64,000 bases of DNA, from assembly GCF_006345805.1 (NCBI RefSeq), contig NC_043007.1:31186001-31250000 (forward strand), read 5' to 3'. Below, piece after piece: positions 10,092 through 23,974 of the stretch (within the stretch, counting starts at the first letter, position 1; each line of letters begins with the position of its first letter). The DNA comes from Octopus sinensis. Lineage: Eukaryota. The notes below the pieces were generated by a model that saw only the letters and a program-made list of their open reading frames with translations, searched no databases and had not been told where the DNA came from. The translations under genes and the position numbers were made by a program.

Positions 10092-13006
10092 GTATGTATA
10101 TATATATATGTATATATACACACTGTTGACTTATTGCTGGCAATTACCAAACAAAATAAGTACTCTAACCACACACACACACACACACACACACAGAGGA
10201 TGAGATGAATTCGTCAGTGACGGCCCTTCGTCAGATGATACAAGTTTTCTGTTTTAAAGTAACCTAAATTAAAGATTTTATCTTAATTTCTGTTCCAAAC
10301 CCCAGCTTAATAATTACAGTTATTGAACTAAAGGCAATGTTCGTTTTTAGCAACAGAAGCAGTTTTAGTTCAAAATAGCATTCTGTATATCTTACTTAAC
10401 TTACATATTCTGTTGAAAGCCACTACACTGTGGCATTCATCATCGTTTAGCGTCTGTTTTCCATGCTAGCATGGGTTGGACGGTTCAACTGGGGTCTGTG
10501 AAGCCAGAAGGCTGCACCAGGCCCAGTCTGATCTGGCAGTGTTTCTACGGCTGGATGCCCTTCCTAACGCCAACCACTCCGTGAGTTTAGTGGGTGCTTT
10601 TTACGTGCCACCCGCACAGATGCCGGACGGATGGTGCTTTTTACGTGCCACCAGCACGGGGCCAGGCGAGGCTGGCAATGGCCACGAACGGATGGTGCTT
10701 TTTACATGTCACCGGCACGGAAGCCAGTCGGGGCGGCGCTGGCAACAGCCACGATCGGATGTTACTTGTCACTGGCACTGGTATCACAGCCGCAATTTTC
10801 ATTGACATTGATCGACTTTGATTTTGGTTCTGCTTTCTGATATCTGATTTGATTTGGTTTGATTTTGATTTGTCTCGAGAAATCATCCGGTATAGACTTA
10901 TAGTGCTAAAAAGTAGAGAGATGTATCTGACAAGTCCCTTAACCCCGTGGGGGTCATTGGGGTGCATCATATTTAGGGTGAGAAAGCCTGGTCGAGCCCA
11001 TCCCTTTCAAGGCTAAACCCATTTCTACAGCTGAGTGAACTAGAGCAATGTGAGACGAAGTGTCTTGCTCAAGAACACAATGGATCACCTGGTCCAGGGA
11101 TCGAACTCACAATCTTACAGTTGTAAATCCAACATCATCCTCGTTTAATGTCCATTTTCCATGCAAACATGGGTTGGATGGAAACCTAACTAGTGGTACT
11201 CATTTCTACAGCTAAGTGGACTGGAGCAACGTGAAGTGAGGTGTTTTGCTCAAGAATACAATGCATTGCCCAGTCCAGGAATCGAAACCACAATCTTACG
11301 ATTGTGAGTCGAACATCTTAACCACTAGGCCAAGCACCTCCATGAGATGTATCCATAGCAGGCAAAAGTGTCTAACATTAGCAATGGAATTGCTAAATCC
11401 AGATCTCTGCTTCTTTGAGTATTGTTAGTAGCGAGTGTTCACTAGCAACCATGTACTTGGACAAATTTAGCCTCTGCTGATATAGAAACATAGTGATGAA
11501 CAGATCATTGGTGAAGCATATAATTGATAGGCAGTGGAGGCGCAATGGCCCAGTGGTTAGGGCAGCAGACTCGCGGTTTCGATTCCCAGACCGGGCGTTG
11601 TGAGTGTTTATTGAGCGAAAACACCTAAAGCTCCACGAGGCTCCGGCAGGGGATGGTGGTGATCCCTGCTGTACTCTTTCACTACAACTTTCTCTCATTC
11701 TTACTTCCTGTTTCTGTTGTACCTGTATTTCAAAGGGCCGGCCTTGTCACTCTGTGTCACGCTGAATATCCCCGAGAACTACGTTAAGGGTACACGTGTC
11801 TGTGGAGTGCTCAGCCACTTACACATTAATTTCACGAGCAGGCTGTTCCGTTGATCGGATCAACCGGAACCCTCATCGCCGTAACCGATGGAGTGCTTCC
11901 AATTGATAGGTTGGGTCAGAATTCGTTATTAGTAAGAGAAGCAGAATCCTTTCAAAATCACATTCTCCAGATCTTACTTAATAGGATCTGCTGTAGAAGA
12001 CCAGTAAACTTTGTTGAGAAAATTGTTACAGATAGAAAATCTCGTGAAGAAAGTTTTTAGACAAAAACTCAATGTTTGTAAAGGAAGAAAAGTTATTTTG
12101 GTGCAGAATGTACCTCTTCAGTTGATTTTTTTTCTTCTTCCTCTTCTTCACCTTTGTCTGCTTCCAGCATAACTTGAGCAATATTTGCCTTCACCTCTGC
12201 TGGAACATTGTCATCAAATATGGACAGAGCCACAGTTTCGGGAGCTAAATACCAGAGATGGTTGGAAAATATTTTTGCGGCAGCCTTACTGATTTCTGGA
12301 TCAATATCCTGATAATTTATCAGTTGACGCATGAATAGGAAATCATGATAAGATGCTTTAATTACTTCTGATGTCAGAAACCAGGCTTGGACATACACGT
12401 GAGCAAGAAAAATACATGAGTGCTTCTCCTCAGGAGAAAACTGAAATTGATCTTGAAACAAGTCTATCTTGAATATGTAAATTGCTGCTAAGAAAGATCA
12501 TTGTTAACCCAACAATTCTCGGTAATCATTTCTGCATAGAAAGGTGGTATTCAAGAAATCCAAGAATGGCAGAGTGGACATCTTCAGGCACTTCATTGCT
12601 ACAAGTTATGTAAACCTTCTTGTTCAGTTCCGTCCAGGTTTCTCTAAATCTTTTGAAAAACCCCATGTCTGGACCAGAAGTTGCATCCATCAGTGAGTCA
12701 AAACAGTTCCTAAAAACTAACTCAAAAAAAGCGATGACAGCAAGGGAAGTAAAACAGGTCGCGATTGAATAACTTTTCTAGATTTGTACTGGTACCATTC
12801 GCTCAACTTGTGTTGCCTACTGTCGTATCACAGCAGAGTGCCGGAATTTCGTTGGTCATACTCCACTTCTCCACTGTTTGGTAAACAGTTCTTGAATTTT
12901 AGCGATGCACACATACAGACAGACATTCTCGGTTTTATATATATAGATATAAGGCTGACCAAAGCCTTGTGAGTAGATTTGGCAGATGGAAACTGAAAGA
13001 AGCCCG

Positions 13007-13057
<51 letters not shown>

Positions 13058-16000
13058 GCTTCTTTCATTTTCCGTCAACCAAATCCACTCACAAGACTTT
13101 GGTCAGCTTGAGGCTACAGTAGGAGACATTTACCCACAGTGCCATGCAGTGGGACTGAACCCAGAACCATGTTGTTAGGAGGCAAACTTCTTGTCACACA
13201 GCCATGTCTGTGATAGTAAGGAAAATAAAAAATGTATTAGCCATTGACTAATATTGTCATTTTCCTTGGTTAAGAAGTTCACTTAGTAACTAATTGGTTC
13301 CAAGTTTGGTCTCACGGTATGGCTCCTGCTTGTATGATGGTGCCATTCGTTTACAATTATCACATGATGTCATATCAAGAATGTGCACACACACACACAC
13401 GACAGGCTTCTTTCAGTTTCAGTCTAGACAAATCTGCTCAAGTCTTTACTTGAACCATAGAAGACACTTGTCGCTGTGGGACTGAACCCAAGATCATATG
13501 GTTGGGAAGTGGACTTCTTAACGGCCCAGCCAGTCAGGCCTGTTCCTGTTCAGTGAGTTGGTCAGAGTATATTATTGCTCTGTAAGGAGCATGGGGCTGG
13601 TTTCCTGGTTTCTCTGGCATAGATATTCCTCCCTGAATGGGATGCTGGTCTGTCGCACGATTACTCATTTTAACCAGCTGAGTGGACTGGGGCAACATGG
13701 AATGGAATATTTCACTCAAGAACACAACACATACCTCAGTCCAGGAATCGAAACTACAACCTTATGATCACGAGTCCAATACACTAACCACTTAGCCATG
13801 TGCCTCCACTATTCAATAAGTAGAAATTGATAAAATAAGTACAAACCAAAGTACTGGCAATGGAATCCTGAATGCAGTGCCATAGCAATTCCACAGTTCA
13901 AAGAGTGCAACCAGTAAAAAGAAAACTAACTAAATAAATAAAAGTTTAGCAGTGTCATTCTGGACATGTTTCGGTCTTATTCTGATCTTCTTAGTGGAGC
14001 ATAGCTTCATTCATACTTTCTGTAGTGGTAGCGAAAGAATCATGTGAAGGCACATGGCTTAGTAGTTAGGGGATCTGGGAGCATGTTATGTCCTTGAGCA
14101 AGATGCTCCAGTTCATTCAGCTGGCATAAATGAGTTGTATCTGCATTTCAAAGGGTCAGTCTTGTTGCATTCTGTGTCATGCTGAATCATTATCATCGTT
14201 TAACGTCCGTTTTCCATGCTGGCATGGGTTGGACAGTTTGACTGGGGTCTGGGAAGCCAGGAGGCAGCACCAGGCTCCAATCTGATCTGGCAAGGTTTCT
14301 ACAGTTAGATGCCCTTCCTAAGGCCAACCACTCTGAGAGTGTAGTGGGTGCTTTTTATGTGCCACCAGCACAGGAACCAGTCAGAGCGCGGGGATGGCAT
14401 TGACCACATTCAGATGGTGCTTTTTACGTGCTACCAGCACGGGAGCCAGTCAGGCGGGGCTGGCATCCACCACGTTTGGATGGTGCTTTTTATGTTCCAC
14501 TGGCACAGGAACCAGTTAGGGCAACGGGGTTGGCATCGACCATGCTTGGATGGTGCTTTTTACATGCCACCAGCATGGGGAGCCAGTCAGGCGACACTGG
14601 CAATGACCCACGCATGAATGGTGCTTACTAGTGGGGGTTCAGCTACTTGTATGTTAATTTTATGAGCAGGCCATTCTGTTGAATGCCTCAACTGGAACAC
14701 CCCGATGGAGTGCCAGATAACCGAAAGAATCAGTAAATCTATGAAAATTGTGCTTTTGTTGGTTTAGGAAATTGTTGTTGAGAGAATAAATAGTTCAGAG
14801 ATGTTATGAAGGTCCACCCACACACATCTTCTTGTGTTGAGATGGCATTCACCTGGGAGGAGCTAAACTGGCTTCTATCGAGTTCATAGAAGTTTCAAAG
14901 GATGATCAGAGTCTGTGAAAACAGTTCCTCTTTATATTCGTAAGCCACCACAAACAACCCATAGCAGGTTGTCCTTGTGTTGTGCCTTCTCGCTGCAGGA
15001 TGCCCACAGACACGATCCAACACCACCAGGAACCTGCCAGATTCCGGAACAGACATCACCGGGAATTCACCATTGCCCTCCAGTTAGCCAGGTTGCAGCT
15101 CTAGCACTACCGGTGTCGGACCAGTTCACCTTGGGTGGCCCTACCAGGGACTGAAGGTCCCTGATGGCATAGGTTTGACACTCAGTCATTTTACCTTCAT
15201 GCCACGAGGAGGTCAAGAATTGGACTTTGAGGAAGGACACATCATCACCACTTTTTCTATCTCTTCCCAACTCCACCAGCATCACCCCAACCCACTTTTG
15301 TAGAATGTGCGTTGCCGTGTAGCCCCTTTATAGCAAAGAACCTGTTCTGTTCTAGCCCCTTCTCTCATACTTTAGCATCACATCTCCTAGCATAAAGTCA
15401 GCTCTCTTGGATTTTGTAGTCTTGTAAGCTGCACGGCAACCTTATTTGTACCGATAGCATGGAGGAAAGGCATTCAGTACATGCTGTCAGGTGGTTGGCA
15501 TTAGGAAGGACATCCGGTCAAAGGAACCAAACCAAAGCAGGACACTGAGGCATGATGCAATCTTTGGACCCATTGGGTTCTATCAAATGATCTGGCCCAT
15601 GCCAGCATAGAACATGTTGTTTAAATGATAATGAAGATGATGTGTGTGTGTGTGTGTACATAGTATGTAGTCTCCCCTGGCCCCTGTGCCGGTGGCATGT
15701 AAAAAGCAGCCACTACACTCATGGAGTGGTTGGTGTTAGGAAGGGCATCCAGCTGTAGAAACACTACCAGATCAGACTGGAGCCTGGTGCAGCCTCCCGG
15801 CTTCCCAAACCCCGGTCGAGCCGTCCAACCCATGCTCGCACGGAAAACGGACGTTAAACGATGATGATGATGTTTCTTTACATTTTTACTCTGCAAAAGC
15901 TGCAGTCCACGAGAGGTGCTGTGGTCATCTCGTCTCCTGTCAGTGAATCAGCCACTTGCTTCATACCTTTGAAGATGTTTGGAACAAGAGACTGTTTACT

Positions 16001-17181
16001 TAGATCTTTGGATAGCAGATTACAAAACATTGGTGTTGTAGCTCTGATGATAGATTTCAGAGATACATGAAAATATGTTGTGTTGATCCATTCCTCTTCT
16101 GTGAATATTTCTCAATGGATGTTTCTTTTTTTTATATTTATATTTATATCTTTTTATATTCTATAACCAGTTTCTTCCTTTCTTTTTATATTTCAGAGGA
16201 TGTATTGTTGGTTGGAACGAAACAAGGACATCTTTTACAGTATAAAATCAGCAAAGACAAAGACCAAGGTATGACTTAATGGTGTCTGTTTACAATCTCC
16301 ACTCTGTTGCCGCCTAAATGTTTTGTGTTCAGTTAAATGGTGCTAAGTCAAAACCTTTCAACGAGCGTGTTGAACTTCAGTTGGGGTGCACATTGTTTGC
16401 TCTACTTTTCATAATTCCTATGAACTATGGACATGCGCAGCTGTTGTGGGAGAGGGTCATTTGGTTGATATTATTTGTAGGTGATATGCGGCTACTTTGG
16501 CTCATCAGAAGATGATCCCTAGTATACACTGAATGGGTTGGCTGGTGGGTGTTGCAAGCCTGGGATGAGAATTAGTGCTGCAAAGACTGAGGCATTGGCC
16601 CTTTCAAGAAGGTCCACTCCTCAGTGCAATCGGCATGTTAGTGGGACATTACTGAGTGGAGAAGTTTAAGTATCTTGGGGCCATATTCATGAGTGATGGA
16701 AGCTTAAGTATCTTAGGGCCATATTCATGAGTGATGAAAATTTAAGTATCTTGGGGTCATGTTCATGAGTGATGGAAGTTTAAGTATCTTGGGGCCATAT
16801 TCATGAGTGATGAAAGTTTATCTTGGGGCCATATTCATGAGTGATGGAAGTTTATCTTGGGGCCATATTCATGAGTGATGGAAGTTTAAGTATCTTGGGG
16901 CCTTATTCAGGAGGCTGAATTAGATGCTAGAATTGCAGATGCTGGTACAGTAATGGGTCATCTTCAACATTTGATCCTCAGAAGAGGAGAGGTTGGCAAA
17001 AGAGCTGAGCTTGAAACCTTCAATTCAGTTTTTTTTCTTTTGTTTTTTGTGTCTATCCTCACCTATGGTCATAAATGTTGGGTAATGACTGAAAGAGTAA
17101 AATTGCGAATGTAAGTGGCTGAAAGGGGGTTCCTCTGAAGGATTTCTGGAGTAACCCTAACCCTAACCTGGAGATCAGGGA

Positions 17182-17275
<94 letters not shown>

Positions 17276-20200
17276 TCTACTGCTCTGCATCATGAGGTCA
17301 CAGCTCCAGCCCTAAAAACTTGAAAAGGAAGCTGAGGGTGGAGGGGGATGTGTTGCCTTGTAGCAAATTTGTTGAAAGGTGGGGGAATGTTGGAAAAATG
17401 GCCAGTGTGGAAGGACCAATTCTGAGCGTGCATCTGTGAAAGATAAAAGGGAAATGGCTCTTGCCCTGTTGATCAGGCACTCGTGGCTTTTCTGGGTTTT
17501 TCCACGAGGACCTTAAAGCACCTCTCCTTTTGGGAGTTTTAATTTGTTTAATTTCTTAACTGTTATTTATATTGTTTACATGCAGAAAACCCATTGTATC
17601 GTCCAGTTTTTGTCTTTTAAGTTGTTGCATGTCATTTAATGTTGTTCTATGCGAGCCCTTGTGGCTAATAAAAGAATGAATTATTATTATTATTATTGTG
17701 TCTGGCTTTCACTAACAACATTGTCAATTTTGTTTTTGACAGAGAATAAATTCAGCATTCAGTTGGAAGGTTCTAACAAATCATTTGCCAAAAAACCAAT
17801 CACTCAGGTAAGTGCTTTTCTGTTTATTTAATGAGATAATTATTATTAATTTTCAAAAGAATGTTTTTTGTTGCATTTTGGGAGGGTCATTATGCTAATA
17901 ATAAATACACATACACCAGTTTTATTTCTCTTCCTTGTCAGTCAATCACTTATGTTTGTCAAAGTGCTTCCATCATCATCAGCTGTTGTCCATGCTGGCC
18001 TGGATTGGACGGTGTGACCAGAGCTTGCAAGTTGGGTGGGTAAGGGCTCCACTCTGATTTGGCATGGTTTCCACTGCTGGATGCCCTTCCTAATGCCAAC
18101 CTCTTTACAGAGTGTGCTGCATGCTTTTATGTGGCACTGCATGGGCGCTTTTACGTGTTTATTATTGGCATAACAACTCACCCAAGATCTAGCAAAATCT
18201 GTTTCAATGTAGGAGTTCACATCAAGAATCTTGCTGACCAGATACAAACATGGAATAATTAGAAAATTAATTTTTAGTTTAGTATTAACCCTTTCAATGC
18301 CAACCCAGCTGAAACCACCTCTAGCTCTGTAGTACAAATATCTTGTTTCCATGAGTTTCGAATAAAAATCTTCCACCAAACCTTAGTCACAATTTATGTT
18401 CCTAACACTAGCTTTATGATAACTAAGTTATTTTACTAAATTCATCATCATCATCACCGTTTAATGTCCATTTTCCATGCTGGCATGGGTTGGACGGTTT
18501 CACTGGGGACTGGCAAGCCAGGAGACTGCGCCAGGCACCAATCTGATCTGACAATGTTTCTACAGCTGGATGCCCTTCCTAACACCAACCACTCTGAGAG
18601 TATAGTAGGTGCTTTTTACATGCCACTGGTACGGGAGCCAGTAGGCTGCACTGGCATCGACCATGTTCAGATGGTGCTGTTTATGTACCACTGGCGTGGG
18701 AAGCCAGTCAAACAGCAAACACAGAGCATCTCAAAGTAAATACGGTAAGGAAAGGGTTGAATCCTCAAAATCTCGTGGCAGGATGAAATTTCAAACAGAA
18801 ATCTGTGGGATAGAACGAACCAAGCTGTCATCAGTCAAGAAATTCTGGAAAGGAAATGGGGCTGGATTGGAAGAGCTCCAGGTAGCATTTCAAGACAAAT
18901 GTTGGACTGGCTACTAAATTCATCGTCATCGTTTAATGTCCATTTTCCATGCTGGCATGGGTTGGACAGTATGACTGGGGACTGGCAAGCCAGGAGGCCA
19001 CACCAGGCTCCAATCTGATCTGACAATGCTTCTACACCTGGATGCCCTTCCTAACGCCAACCACTCTGAAAGGCCTGGTCTGGTGCCTCATAAAAAGAAC
19101 TGGTGCTGGTGCCATGTAAAAAGATCCAGTACACTCTGTAAAGTGGTTGACATTAGGGAGGGCATCCAGGTATAGAAATCAAGCCAAAACCGAATAAGGA
19201 ATCTTGTGTGGATCCCTGGCCTTGCCAGCTCCTGTCAAACCATCCAATCTGTGCCAACATGGTAAACAGATGTTAAATGATAATGAGTTGCTTGAGGGTG
19301 ATTCTGTCTCTTAAACCTATCAATTTATATACGTATATAATAGAGTGAGTAATTCATTTTAGTACCACTAAATTGAACTTCTCTCCCCTGTGGACTCGGA
19401 AATAACTCCCCTAATATTAATATTAAATATATATATATAAAAATAATAATTATTTGAGGGAATATTATTCCTAACTTACAGGGAAAAATTCAATTTAGAA
19501 ATACTAAATCAAATTTCACAAAATATAATATATATATGAAAATTAGAAAAAAACCACCTTTTATCAATTCAAAATGAACAATAAATTACACCATCTAGAA
19601 AATTACATATAATAGAAATATTAAAATAACAATAATATACCGATGATTAGGTAAATTGCAAAATATTATTGTTATTTTAATTTTAATATTTCTATTATAT
19701 GTAATTTTCTAGATGGTATAATTTATTGTTCATTTTGAATTGATAAAAGGTGTTTTTTTCTAATTTATATATATATATATATATATAAAGTTAATCTAAA
19801 CATGAAAACACAACGCAAGGACGTGGAACAAATATAGTATTATTGGACCCTCAGGAAGGAAGGGAAGAAGGAGGGTTTTATGTTTCAAGTGGAGCTCTTC
19901 GTCGGAAACATAGGAAAAAGAAAGATCCAGAGAAGGGAAGACGGAGGAAAAAAAATCGCCAATGGTACACACGAGGTCATATATATATATATACACACAC
20001 ACAAGAATATGCTTGTTACAAGTTACAGTCCAAATTCTAAAGTAAAAAAAACTAAATCACCAGTTTTTAACATAGATTTAATGAACCAAACTATTTTAGT
20101 GCGTAATTAAAAACATGTTTATATTGAGTCTGAAAGTCCCAAGGTTTCAGTTTACATCTGGTTCACTTTGTTGCTGAAATTACCAGATATTATGCAGGAG

Positions 20201-23200
20201 CTCTATTTTGGAGAGAGAAATCTTAGAAAAAGCTAAAAGAGGAAGGATCGGAGTGGCATACAACAGTGGCATCAAACACAATAGGCATTTTTTTTTATTT
20301 AGCATAAAAAGGAGAAGACAGCTGAGCTGAGGGAATTGTTGGGCATTGGAGATATCTCTTGGTGTTTAGTTGAAAGATGAAGTGTGTTAGTATGGCAATG
20401 TGATGTGAATGAATAGGAGCTGAAAAAAACTGTCATTTGCCGATAGGAAATTGTTCATGACAGAGGAAGACCTAAAGAGAAATGGGGAAGTTAGAATTCA
20501 GAACAATAGGTTTTATTAGAAAATTACTATTTTTAAGTCTCACAACGTGAGATATTCAGCAACAGTACTTTGTGGTAAAGATTGTTTGCCAACATAACAT
20601 GGCAGTCCTGGTTTAGGATGAATGTTGCTGTAATTTAGCCCCAGGAGACATCGTCTGCAGCTGGCTATACGACACGATCTGTGTCCTTATATATTTCGAA
20701 CGGGAATTTGGCCAGCACCACCTCTAGCCGAACAATTCTTCTGTGCAGATGAAGGGAAATAACCCAGAAATCGCGATACACAGATATTATTTTGTGCTGA
20801 GTGGGGGTGCTAGATTCCCTTGTTCGAAAATATAAAGACACAGATTGTGTTGTACAGCCAGCTGGAGACGATGTCTCCTGGGGCTAAATTCAGCAACATT
20901 AGTCATAAACCAGGACTGCCGTGTTATGTTGGCAAACAATCTTTACTACAATAGGTTTTATTGTTGGGACAGCTCAGGACTGAGACAACAGTTAACTTGT
21001 CTTGCAGTTAAAATGATAATGATCCTGATGATGATGATCATCATTATTGTTTTAACCCCGTCAGGCCTGGGTCCCTGTATCTAACTTTATCCTCCACCTG
21101 GGCTCTCGAGCAAATAAATAAATAGTTGTATATACAGCTGAAGAGTAACAATTGCAGGCAAACTGATGGGAAGAATCAGCAGCATCTTCTTTTCTTATGT
21201 CTGTTGCTCATTACTACTTTCTGAGAATCTGGTAGAGATGGCGTTTAACCCTTTCAATAGCAACCCGGCTGAAACCGGCTCTGGTTCTGAGTACAAATGT
21301 CTTGTTTTCATAAATTTTGAATTAAAATCTTCCACCCAACCTTAGTCACAATTTATGTTCCTAACACTAGCTGAATGATAACTAAGTTATTTTACTAAAT
21401 TCTTTGTTATATTTAAAGTAATTGAAAGAAACACAGAGGATCTCAACAGAAATTTGGGAACAAAGGGGTTAAAAGTACTCATGCTGGTGCCATGTAGAAA
21501 GCACTAGTGATGGTGCCACATTAACCCTTTCGATAGCAACGCAGCTGAAACTGGTTCTGTAGTACAAATGTCTTGTTTTCACAAGTTTTTAATTAATATC
21601 TCCCACCGAATCTTAGTCACAATTTATGTTCCTAACACTAGCTTAATGATAATTAAGTTATTTTACTAAATTCTTTGTTATATTTAAAATCAATTGAAAG
21701 AAACACACAACATCTCAACAGAAATACAGTAACGAAAGGGTTAAGCTATTCCTGCTATAACAGGAACACAGCACAAGGGGTTTAACATCCCCATTTCCAT
21801 GCTTTCATGGGTCAGACAGAATTCATTGAGGCAGATTTTCTATAGTTCAGTGCTCTTTCTATTATCAAACCTTGCCTGTTTCCAAGTAAGATAATATTTT
21901 CCCATTGCACAATGGTGACCCTTGTTTACAAGTATCACACTGTGTCAAGGCAAGGAAATGGTAACACAAACACTTACTCTCTTTTACTCTTTTACTTGTT
22001 TCAGTCATTTGACTGTGGCCATGCTGGAGCACCACCTTTAGTCGAGCAAATCTACCCCAGGACTTATTCTTTGTAAGCCTAGTACTTATTCTATCGGTCT
22101 CTTTTGCCGAACCACTAAGTTACAGGGACGTAAACACACCAGCATCGGTTGTCAAGCGATGTTGGGGGGGACAAACACACACACACACACACATATGTAC
22201 GATGGGCTTCTTTCAGTTTCCGTCTACCAAATCCACTCACAAGGCTTTGGTCAGCCCGAGGCTATAGTAGAAGACACTTGCCCGAGGTGCCATGCAGTGG
22301 GACTGAACCTGGAACCATGTGGTTGGTAAGCAATCTACTTACCACACAGCCACTCCTACGCCTATGCACATGTTTATGATGATGATGATGATGATGATGG
22401 CGGCAGTGGCCTGTGTCATCCTCATTAGTTGAACAATCACAGAACTGATTAAAGCCAAAATATTGCTAACAAAAATCTCATTATTCTTCAGCATCAACAG
22501 AGTCATTAAATCTAAAAAAAAACCCAAAAAGACCTTTTGTTGTTCATTTCCATGTTTCTTTAGAATTTCACAAAACAAAGAATTTTCTCCATTTTGCAAC
22601 TTGCTTTGATTAATTTTCTACAATAATTACTTTCCATAAAACTCAGTTGAATGAATTCTTTAAAACTACTCTTTGCAGCTGTCTGCAATTACAGATGAAG
22701 AATATATCCTGGTTAGTCTGTCCGGTTAGTATTTCTATGTTTTACTTGTTTCAGTTTCTGGACTGTGGCCATGCTGGGGCACCATACTTGAAGAGTTTTG
22801 TCAAACAAATTTATCCCATTACGTTTTTTTGTTTTTTTTTTCTTTGGTTTTAAGTTGGTACTTATACTATCAGTCTCTTTTGCTGAACTGCTAAGTTATG
22901 GACAAGCAAACAAATGGTGATGAGGGAACAAACAGAGAGAGAGAGAGAGTGACAGACAGAGAGGTAGAAAGATAACATTTTAAATGTTTAAAAAATGTTA
23001 TCATTTAACGTCTGTTTTCCATGCTGGCATGGGTTGGATGGGTTGACTGAAAATTGGTAGGCCAGGGAGCTGCATCAGGTCCTGATCTGAATCGACAAAG
23101 TTTCTACGACTGGATGCCTTTCCTAATGCCAACCACTCCGAGAGTGTAGTGGGTGTTTTTTACATGCCACTGGCATGGGTGCCATGATTATGGTCTCACT

Positions 23201-23936
23201 TGGCTTGGCAGGACTGCTCCAGCATGGTATATCGCCAAAGGTCTTGGCCACCCGTCACTGTCTCCATGAAGCTCAACACTCGAATGGTGATTTTTTCGTG
23301 CCAGTCAGACGCCACTGACATCAGCATATTTTTATGATTAAATATTATTATTGTGTTAAAAAGTTCATTATTTACAATGGACGGATGTGTGTCCTCATCT
23401 TGTTTGTTCTTAGCACAACATTTCAGCTGATGTACTCTCCAGCCTTCATCAGGTGTCCTGGGGAAATTTCACACCCAACACTTTATTTGACTAATGGGGT
23501 ACCCTGTTCTCATTCCTAATGTATGTTGCTGATGTCCCTACCTGGGATTGAATTTAGAATCCAAGGGTGAGCAGCCTGCACTTTTATCCACTATAGCAGA
23601 GTTTCCCAACTAGGGGTGCAAGCAGGGCTGGATTTATAGGGGGTCAAAGAGGGCAATTACCCCAGGCACCTTTATTCTTACATAAATTATTACTTTAAGG
23701 GGTGCGGGGCATAACAAAGGTTGGGAAGCACTGCACTATAGAATAGTACTCTTTACTCTTTTACTTGTTTCAGTCATTTGACTGTGGCCATGCTGGAGCA
23801 CCGCTTTTAGTCGAACAAATCGAACCCAGGACTTATTCTTTGTAAGCCCAGTACTTATTCTATCGGTCTCTTTTGCTAAACCACTAAGTTACAGGGATGT
23901 AAACACAAGCATTGGTTGTCAAGCGATGTTGGGGGG

Positions 23937-23974
<38 letters not shown>

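Larger units (their letters stand above)
16540..17320 (+). mobile_element. Degraded RTE-type LINE RT fragment
   Basis: [12 protein letters not shown]...[13 protein letters not shown]...[10 protein letters not shown]...[12 protein letters not shown] with stops and frameshifts. Confidence 0.7.

Noticed and set aside
11533-11600. tRNA-like sequences at SINE heads (also ~36120, 44683, 60835, 61717)
   Set aside because: They have A and B boxes but no complete cloverleaf with an acceptor stem, and they continue into repeat bodies, so they are not tRNA genes.
14975-15050. Possible HDV-like ribozyme (GCC TTCTCGCT GC ... GGATGCC) in a GC-rich stretch resembling an RTE 5' region
   Set aside because: P1 needs a mismatch and two wobbles, P3 is irregular and there is no GG for P1.1. 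Too degenerate to claim without a family consensus.
17154-17169. AACCCTAACCCTAACC, a telomere-like repeat
   Set aside because: Only about 2.5 units inside a decayed LINE; explicable as a local slippage duplication.
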